From Acaryochloris thomasi RCC1774 (GTDB lineage: Bacteria; Cyanobacteriota; Cyanobacteriia; Thermosynechococcales; Thermosynechococcaceae): a stretch of 32,000 nucleotides of DNA. The notes beneath the pieces are model-generated. The model was not told the DNA's origin, searched no databases, and saw nothing but the letters and a program-made list of their open reading frames with translations. This document shows, in pieces, positions 26,022 through 32,000 of this stretch. Position 1 is the first letter of the stretch, and each line of letters starts with the position of its first letter. Position numbers and translations under genes: made by a program. Location: the NCBI RefSeq assembly GCF_003231495.1, contig NZ_PQWO01000004.1:150001-182000 (forward strand), read 5' to 3'.

Positions 26022-28387
26022 GGTTCAAGTTCCTTACGAGCAGGATAGTTTAGAGAGCGGACATAGGCAACGCTCAAGATCGTTGCGAGGCAGGCGAGTA
26101 TGCTAGGAATCAAAGGTAGCCATAGGCCCTGAATCAATAAGACAGCACAGCTTCCCGTGAGCCCCCCCCATATCGCAATTCCAGCGATCGCCATTGGCTT
26201 AGAAATAGACCATCGCCAAGCCCAAGCGCCCCCAACGGCGGACCAACAGAAGACCCAAATCGCATCTCCCCAGAGAGGCCATGCCCACAGGGAAGGGCGC
26301 TGATCTAAAGCGGCACTGAGAAGCTGACTCGTCATCTGAGCCTGAATAAAGACCCCCGGAACCTTGCGACCGGTCCCATAAGGGGTTGCCCAATCATCAT
26401 TACTGCTGCTGGCCGCAACGCCAATCAGAACAATCCGGTCTTTGATACGGCTGGGATCAATTTGTTCTTCCAGCACCTGGGTCAAAGTGACCTGGGGAGC
26501 AATATTCTGGGGTGATTTCAGGGCTCGGTAATTCAGCGGAATTTGAATGCCGTGCGTATCCACTGTTTGATAACCGCCCGTATGGGGTCGCAGGGTCGGC
26601 AATGTGACAGCTCCCAGTTTCAACTGATTCTGGGCGGTAAAAGTCGGCTGAATCTTCAAGTGCGAAAGATAGTGAAAGGCAAGCAAAGAGCTAAAGGCAT
26701 GAGGGGTTTTGCAGGGTGACGCAGGCTCAGGGGTCAAATACAAAAGCTGCCGCCGCAGAACGCCATCTGGATCGGCAATAAAATCGCTGAACCCCATCCG
26801 GTCCATTGAAATTTCTGGTGGTGGCGCAATGCCTGTGGGATCACTGCTGGTATCTAGGTTTTTACAAACGCCCACTAAGCCTTGAGTTTCCTGAAGCTGC
26901 TTGCTCAGACGGGGCTGATCGGGGCGTACCGGAAAGTCTCGATAAACATCAAGACCGATAACGCGAGGCTGAGCGGGTGCTAGTTTTGCAAGTAGCTGGC
27001 TCAAGGTGGCATCTGAGAGGGAGCTACGGCGAGAGTCTTCTTTCTGGGCCTGAATCTCGGCCTCTGAGACGGTGATCACCAGTAGACGAGAGTCGGGGGC
27101 CTCTAGGGGACGGAGCTGAAGCAGCCGATCTAAAGCCCACAGCTCGGGAAACTGCAGCCAGCCCACCCAGCGTCCAGCAAGAACCAAGACTGTCATCAGG
27201 AGGCTGACTTGAAGCACTGAGAGGCAGGACTGACGCCGGCGCGATGGGCGCGAGCGAGAAGTGGCGGCCTGCGTTGTGGGCAAGGCAATCGGCGCATCCG
27301 CCTGCACCTGAGATGAAAGCTCTAGCCAAGTGGGGGGAACCACCGCTGGATTTTGACAAATAACAGGTAGCCAAGTGGCGCAGGGATAAGTTTGCTCTAG
27401 GCCCTGTAATCGCTCCCGTGCTTCTCGCATGGCGAGATAAAGGGCGGTGCCCTTGGCGTAGCTCTGCAGGAAATACTTCAAAAATTCTTGGGCAACGGCA
27501 TCAGGCACGGGTTCGCGCATCACAATCAGCTGCGGGATCTGCAGATCAGCTAATGCTCTGCCCAGACCGAGGCCATCGCAGGAGTTCAAGATTGCGAGCT
27601 GGAGGCCTTTACCCACCGCCTTCTTCAGAGCATAGCGGAGATCCTCGATTTCTAAACGCTCTTCTGCATTGAGGCAGAGCGTGCCTGAGGTTGCACCTTG
27701 ACTGCAGCTATGACCTGCGAAAAATAGAATATCCCAGCGCTGCTCCCATAGCTGTTCGTTAAGCTGATGCCGATTGGGTTCGTCTAAGAAATAAATGTGC
27801 GCGTTAGGTAGCTGCTCTAATAGGGCTTGGTCAGCGCTGACATCAATACCGTTGCTGTTGCCCAAAATCGCAAGAATACGAACGTCCCCAGGTGAATGGG
27901 ACCGAAGGGGTGGATTGGCATAGGTGGGGGCCGCTAGGGCAATTTCGGTCAACGGGTAGCGCTCTAAGAGATCCCATGTATGCCAGGGTAATTTCTGGAG
28001 CTGTAGGTCGTCGGTCTGTAGGAGGATGCGGATGCGATCGCAAGGTGACAGTTGCTCTAGCAGCTTCTCTCTAATGGGCCGAAAGACGGCAACGCAAAGC
28101 CAGTCATTCATCGATCGACGAAGCACTGCCGCCGCCTGCAGACAGTCCTTTAGGCGAGAAACATTTGTAACCTGGTCAGTCACAGGCTCAATACGGGATG
28201 GTACCCCTAGCTGCCAGTAAACAGATTGCCAAGCTTGATAGTGCTGGCGCAGGTGTTCTGCAGGGGGTAGAGAGCCTGCTATTTCTGTAGAGGGACGACA
28301 TCCCTCAAGGCCCACCTGCAAGGTGAGCATAAAGCCTTCCTCAAAGCTGCCCTGCTCAAATTTTAGAACAACAAATTGATCGGCCAT
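26018..28387 (-). CDS. Membrane protein: N-terminal conserved module + CHAT (caspase-like Cys protease) domain, TM, periplasmic CHASE2 domain, three C-terminal TMs
   Basis: The CHAT core is RILAILGNS...WDILFFAGHS (His codon 27710-27712) ...LQLAILNSCDG (Cys codon 27578-27580). The basic stretch RSRPSRRRQ and TM1 (SVLQVSLLMTVLVLAG) follow. CHASE2-like elements are RLLVITVSE, VIGLDVYRDFP, FSDFIADPDGVLRR and RIVLIGVAA. Three TMs lead to a C-terminus only ~13 aa after the last one. The track start at 28399 is TTG; the ATG at 28387 is preceded by GGGGG. Confidence 0.85.
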   Translation of the reverse strand: MADQFVVLKFEQGSFEEGFMLTLQVGLEGCRPSTEIAGSLPPAEHLRQHYQAWQSVYWQLGVPSRIEPVTDQVTNVSRLKDCLQAAAVLRRSMNDWLCVAVFRPIREKLLEQLSPCDRIRILLQTDDLQLQKLPWHTWDLLERYPLTEIALAAPTYANPPLRSHSPGDVRILAILGNSNGIDVSADQALLEQLPNAHIYFLDEPNRHQLNEQLWEQRWDILFFAGHSCSQGATSGTLCLNAEERLEIEDLRYALKKAVGKGLQLAILNSCDGLGLGRALADLQIPQLIVMREPVPDAVAQEFLKYFLQSYAKGTALYLAMREARERLQGLEQTYPCATWLPVICQNPAVVPPTWLELSSQVQADAPIALPTTQAATSRSRPSRRRQSCLSVLQVSLLMTVLVLAGRWVGWLQFPELWALDRLLQLRPLEAPDSRLLVITVSEAEIQAQKEDSRRSSLSDATLSQLLAKLAPAQPRVIGLDVYRDFPVRPDQPRLSKQLQETQGLVGVCKNLDTSSDPTGIAPPPEISMDRMGFSDFIADPDGVLRRQLLYLTPEPASPCKTPHAFSSLLAFHYLSHLKIQPTFTAQNQLKLGAVTLPTLRPHTGGYQTVDTHGIQIPLNYRALKSPQNIAPQVTLTQVLEEQIDPSRIKDRIVLIGVAASSSNDDWATPYGTGRKVPGVFIQAQMTSQLLSAALDQRPSLWAWPLWGDAIWVFCWSAVGGAWAWRWSISKPMAIAGIAIWGGLTGSCAVLLIQGLWLPLIPSILACLATILSVAYVRSLNYPARKELEP

Positions 28388-28404
28388 TGCTGCCCCCAAT
28401 GGCG

Positions 28405-29343
28405 CTAGATAACAAACTGCTCCGTCACTGAGAAATCTCCCAGCATCACCTTGAGACTAAACCGCTCGCCTCGATGGCCGCTAAACTGAAGTTGAATATA
28501 GTCATCCGCACTCCTAGACCGGGCTTCCAAAACCGGCTCAGCCCCTTCGTCAAACACCACTAGCTGCAGATCAGCCGGAAGGTGGGCATCACTGGCCAAG
28601 GGATGAACCTGAACACAAAATAGGCGCTGATCTTGTCCAGGCTTGCAGTCCAGCACCAAGACCACCGGCGCTTGATTGGGCTTTAAAGAGAGCAGCTTTG
28701 CCCGCTGCACCTGCCCTTCGACAATCTGGACATCCATCGTTTCCGCCCGCCTAAAGCTCAGCGCCGGTTGAGATTGGCATAAAAGAGCATCAGCGGGTTG
28801 CCAGCCATCGGCAAAAAGGCCGCTAAACCAAAGTTCTAGCTGAGTCCAGGGCGATTTTATAGCAGGTGGGTTTAAGCTAAACTCGCTCAAATGAGCCAGC
28901 AAAGACTCCAGTGGCCTCAGTTGACCGAGCGGCAGATGTTCTGCAGCAACAGTGGGCGTAAACCCCAGCAGCCTCGCCTGACGCAAGTTCTCTGAAATTT
29001 GAACCACCAAATACCCAATTCGGTCAACCCAAACCTCAGGGGGGAGGTAGCAGACGTCTTCGTGACCTTGGACAGGCCGACACTCTAAGCGTCCTGAGGC
29101 CGCGACCTCCAAATCAGCGACGTTGCTACAGGCCCGTACGACGGGATTCCAGCTATCACCGGCATCCAGATCGCAGGGAATACCCATCATTTGCAGGTAG
29201 TCGTGGGTCACCCACACGGCTAAGGTGTTAAGACAAACCTGTTGGGCCTTATCGGGTGTGGCCTGCTGAGCCGAAAACGCTGCAGCCATCTGACGAGCAG
29301 CTGTGGTAATTGGCAGGACAAGAGACTGATCTTCAACTTGCAT
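28405..29343 (-). CDS. DUF1822 family protein
   Basis: 312 aa, soluble. QQVCLNTLAVWVTHDYL, DSWNPVVR, VADLEV...GRLECRPV, LPPEVWVDRIGYLVVQI, LLGF, and a C-terminal LPADLQLVVFDEGAEP...IQLQFSGHRGERFSLKVML...TEQFVI match my recollection of the cyanobacterial DUF1822 consensus. Confidence 0.65.
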   Translation of the reverse strand: MQVEDQSLVLPITTAARQMAAAFSAQQATPDKAQQVCLNTLAVWVTHDYLQMMGIPCDLDAGDSWNPVVRACSNVADLEVAASGRLECRPVQGHEDVCYLPPEVWVDRIGYLVVQISENLRQARLLGFTPTVAAEHLPLGQLRPLESLLAHLSEFSLNPPAIKSPWTQLELWFSGLFADGWQPADALLCQSQPALSFRRAETMDVQIVEGQVQRAKLLSLKPNQAPVVLVLDCKPGQDQRLFCVQVHPLASDAHLPADLQLVVFDEGAEPVLEARSRSADDYIQLQFSGHRGERFSLKVMLGDFSVTEQFVI

Positions 29344-29367
29344 TAATGGGCCTAATAGAGACTCCTA

Positions 29368-30087
29368 TTATAAATATCCTTGGCATTGCCCAAAGTTACG
29401 CAAGCGCGTGACACATTTTCTCTGATAGAAGCTACTCAAGGTAGAAACGGCAACACCAAACTCAGTCGACAGGTCTTCCCAGCTCGTTTCGGGCGGTAAA
29501 CGACGGAGGATCAGAGCCTGACAGTTGACTTCAGGTCGATTCTGGACGTGGGTACTGCGCAGTTCCCCAGTGGCATCTAGCTCAGCCCAAGTGCGAGTGT
29601 CTTCTAGAATGGGCGGTACATCAGGGCTAGACGGGAGATTTTCGGTTATATCTTTCTGGCTGTTCATGCTTCCCGGTGGGGGAGCATAGGCAAACTTTTT
29701 TTGCTGGGTTTGTTTAGCAATGCGAAAATCCTGCAGCCGCCATTTCAGATAGCGATTGAGCCAAGTAATGACGCTACTGCGGTCGGGATCGTACCGCTGT
29801 CCAGTCCCTGCCTCACAGATATTCTGGCAGAAATAGATCCACATCTGCTGCTTGGCATCTTCGTAAAAAGGTGTGTTTTCGTGCCAGAGCTTCTGTGATT
29901 GCTCAATCAGCCGAATAATTTGAGTCAGACATTGCTGACGTTTAAAGTGACCAGGCGAGTATCGACGAGCTTCAGCTACAAGGGAGCGGATTTCCTCCTC
30001 GATAGTCCTGCGTTGTTCTGTCAGTTGCATACCATCACCGTTAGACAATGAACCAGTTAGTTTAGAAGATTGCAGTGGGTGAGGCAT
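29368..30087 (-). CDS. Sigma-70 family (ECF-like, group 4-like) RNA polymerase sigma factor homologue
   Basis: The region-2-like segment is YEDAKQQMWIYFCQNI...YDPDRSSVITWLNRYLKWRLQDFR. The region-4-like HTH is CQALILRRLPPETSWEDLSTEFGVAVSTLSSFYQRKCVTRLRNF. A linker of ~60 aa separates them. An alternative ATG lies at 30030. Confidence 0.7.
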   Translation of the reverse strand: MPHPLQSSKLTGSLSNGDGMQLTEQRRTIEEEIRSLVAEARRYSPGHFKRQQCLTQIIRLIEQSQKLWHENTPFYEDAKQQMWIYFCQNICEAGTGQRYDPDRSSVITWLNRYLKWRLQDFRIAKQTQQKKFAYAPPPGSMNSQKDITENLPSSPDVPPILEDTRTWAELDATGELRSTHVQNRPEVNCQALILRRLPPETSWEDLSTEFGVAVSTLSSFYQRKCVTRLRNFGQCQGYL

Positions 30088-30334
30088 TGAACAAAAACGG
30101 TGTCAGATGGCGAGCGATTCAGTAAGCAGTGACGCGAACGTCAAGTTAGTGAACTGATGCCAGAAACACTGTCGTTCAACCCCGTTAGTGAATACAGTAA
30201 TGAAGTGGCTTGAGTCTGCCAGTGAGATAAATCACACGCCGACTACAATTTTTCCCCTTTCTTAATTTCTCATGAGAGCTGATTTTGGACAATAGCAAGT
30301 CAGATGACAAGATATTCTAGCGATTGCTCCGTTT

Positions 30335-30363
30335 TTGTTCCTGTAAAGGAAAAATCGTAAGAT
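30335..30363 (+). promoter_or_regulatory. Candidate sigma-70-type promoter for txlA (-35 TTGTTC, 17-nt spacer, -10 TAAGAT)
   Basis: TTGTTC is at 30335-30340 and TAAGAT at 30358-30363, 37 nt upstream of the ATG at 30400. This is a pattern match only. Confidence 0.3.
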
Positions 30364-30399
30364 TAGAGCAAATGCTGTCGTGTAGAGACTTAAAGCACA

Positions 30400-30987
30400 A
30401 TGACACAGGATCAAATGACTCCCCCTACGGGGCCAGAAGACGTTGGCGATAGTCGATTAAGAAATCTTCTCATCGCTTTATCGGCTGCTGTGTTGGCGGT
30501 GGTGCTGTTTTTTGGCGTACGTGGTCAAACCCAAAGCCCATCGCTTACGGCTCTAGCGACAGCCTCTGTTCCCCTGGATACTGCGCTCGCCAACGGTCAG
30601 CCGACGCTGCTAGAATTTTACGCCGACTGGTGTACAAGCTGTCAGGCCATGGCTGCTGATATGGCAGCACTAAAGCAGCAGTATCAGGAGGTGAACTTTG
30701 TCATGCTTAACGTTGACAATACTAAGTGGCTTCCTGAGATTTCACGGTTCGGGGTCGATGGCATCCCACACTTTGTCTTTATCAATCGCTCAGGCGAGGC
30801 CTTAGCCAACGCAATTGGACAGCAGCCGCGAACAATCATGGCGGGCGACTTGACGGCCCTAGCGGCAGGTCAGGCACTACCGGAGCAGCAGCTTTCAGGC
30901 CAGGTTTCGATGTTCACTGCTGAGACCCAGCCTCGCGGGTCTGACGATCCTCGCAGCCACGGCGGACGCCCTGCTGGCGCACTGTGA
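30400..30987 (+). CDS. txlA: Thioredoxin-like membrane-anchored protein TxlA (thiol:disulfide interchange)
   Basis: N-terminal TM (LLIALSAAVLAVVLFFGV), then a thioredoxin fold with LLEFYADWCTSCQAM (CxxC) and GIPHFVFI. Confidence 0.8.
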   Translation: MTQDQMTPPTGPEDVGDSRLRNLLIALSAAVLAVVLFFGVRGQTQSPSLTALATASVPLDTALANGQPTLLEFYADWCTSCQAMAADMAALKQQYQEVNFVMLNVDNTKWLPEISRFGVDGIPHFVFINRSGEALANAIGQQPRTIMAGDLTALAAGQALPEQQLSGQVSMFTAETQPRGSDDPRSHGGRPAGAL

Positions 30988-31150
30988 GTTTGTAGACTAA
31001 GCCTGCAGACTTGCTCGGCTCGTCCTTCAGGTTCAGGGAATTTACGGTGGTCGCGCCCTAGGCTATTTACATATCTTAATAATATGCTTAATAGTTCATG
31101 GAGTTCGATCGCCATGAAATTTGTTGAGTTGCTGTTATGGAAGTTCACTG

Positions 31151-31453
31151 ATGTCACCTGCTACCTTAGAGGCTGTAAAGTCCCATCCACCTAAGATTTT
31201 ACGTTCTAGAAAAGCCTACCGTACCTGCCATATCTATGTGCCTGATTCTGCGGATCGTTTGGCTGCGATCTCAACTGGTTCACACCTTTATAGTTTTTTC
31301 CGGGCGTTGACCGATCGCGAAAAGGCAATCGCAGTGGTGACCAAGCTTTTTAAAAAAGGTGAGTCAACGGTGATAACCTGCACGCCTAAGGCCTACGTGA
31401 TTTGGGTGCTAGAACCAGAGGCTAGCTTAAAGATGACTGTACGGTCAGCGTAG
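31151..31453 (+). CDS. Hypothetical protein
   Basis: The ORF runs 31121-31453 and the ATG at 31151 gives MSPATLEAVKSHPP.... No family recognised. Its 3' end overlaps the convergent murG 3' end by 9 nt. Confidence 0.5.
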   Translation: MSPATLEAVKSHPPKILRSRKAYRTCHIYVPDSADRLAAISTGSHLYSFFRALTDREKAIAVVTKLFKKGESTVITCTPKAYVIWVLEPEASLKMTVRSA

Positions 31454-32000
31454 GTTCGCGGACTGGATAACTTCGCGGATCAGTTGGGCAAATTTTTCGG
31501 TACTGTCTGCAGTGGAGAGCTGTTGAGACTGGGCTGCCATCTCTTTGAGCTGGGGTTGCGATCGCAACAAGTCCAAAACCGTTTTTGTAAACAGCTCATC
31601 TGTGAGTTCAGCCTCACGGAACATCCGCGCAGCCCCCGCCTTCACAAAAATCTCGGCGTTGTATGCCTGGTGATCCTCCGCCGCATAGGGATAGGGAATC
31701 AGGATAGACGGCGTATGGGTGGTTGCTAATTCAGTTAGAGTGCCCGCTCCTGCACGGCTGATTGCTAGATTCGTTCGCTGTAGCAGTCCCGCCATATTGT
31801 CGCAGAACGGTATCGCTCGGTAGTGGGGGTGGGTAAAGCTATCCGCCTGATCATCTCGTTCCCCTGTCAGATGGACAATCCAGACCCCAGCCTCCAGCCA
31901 GGCAGGCGCACATTTACGCGCAAGCCGATTCACCGCCACCGCGCCCTGGCTTCCCCCGGCCACCGTCATCAACAGCACATCATCAGGGATATCAAAATCC
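31445..32000 (-). CDS. murG: UDP-N-acetylglucosamine--N-acetylmuramyl-(pentapeptide) pyrophosphoryl-undecaprenol GlcNAc transferase MurG, C-terminal half (5' end outside window)
   Basis: GGSQGA, AISRAGAGTLTELA....PSILIPYPYAAEDHQ..NA are classic MurG C-domain motifs. The frame is open to the window edge. Confidence 0.85.
   Translation of the reverse strand, partial: DFDIPDDVLLMTVAGGSQGAVAVNRLARKCAPAWLEAGVWIVHLTGERDDQADSFTHPHYRAIPFCDNMAGLLQRTNLAISRAGAGTLTELATTHTPSILIPYPYAAEDHQAYNAEIFVKAGAARMFREAELTDELFTKTVLDLLRSQPQLKEMAAQSQQLSTADSTEKFAQLIREVIQSANLR

Noticed and set aside
27024-28220. Alternative-frame and antisense ORFs (27024-27374, 27418-27672, 27843-28043, 27892-28074, 28026-28220) inside the CHAT-CHASE2 gene
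   Set aside because: They are R/S/G/P-rich shadow frames of a GC-rich gene. The 793-aa frame carries all the domain motifs.
30870-31157. 95-aa minus-strand ORF overlapping the txlA 3' end
   Set aside because: It overlaps a well-supported gene in antisense and its translation has no motifs. It is probably a shadow ORF.
1-32000. Scan of all intergenic regions for tRNA, rRNA, tmRNA, RNase P or CRISPR signatures
   Set aside because: I found no T-loop/acceptor-like GGTTCGAATCC-type motif, no rRNA-like conserved block, and no repeat-spacer array. A covariance-model scan (tRNAscan-SE or Infernal) would be needed to exclude small ncRNAs.

Overview
This 32-kb chromosomal segment looks cyanobacterial. 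I found 17 perfect copies of the HIP1 octamer GCGATCGC by eye, and the gene content fits (TxlA, PAP/fibrillin, Uma2, DUF928, DUF1822). I support about 36 protein-coding genes plus three gene remnants, and I saw no rRNA, tRNA or CRISPR array. Most genes are ordinary housekeeping: glgP, cobO, bcp/prxQ, a NUDIX hydrolase, a family-5 ABC substrate-binding lipoprotein, an S8 peptidase, recJ, an S2P/CBS protease, a rhodanese, two methyltransferases, txlA and the 3' end of murG. The stand-out is a tightly packed minus-strand operon at 25194-30087. It encodes an ECF-like sigma-70 family protein, a DUF1822 protein, a membrane protein fusing an N-terminal CHAT (caspase-like) protease to a CHASE2 sensor, and a secreted DUF928 protein. 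It contains no kinase, cyclase or recognisable anti-sigma factor. I read it as a candidate protease-gated envelope-to-transcription signalling system whose components have no assigned function to my knowledge. Other items worth a second look are a MerR-TipAS-Clp_N triple-domain regulator with a textbook 19-bp-spacer MerR promoter, and a His/Met-rich protein built from a 30-nt periodic repeat next to an IS6-like transposase remnant. There is also a decayed CHAT C-terminal pseudogene, a translationally coupled pair of tiny ORFs with a 42-nt tandem duplication, and a degenerate duplication of a gene tail beside a perfect 28-bp palindrome. All family calls come from motif recognition by eye and none has been checked by a database search.
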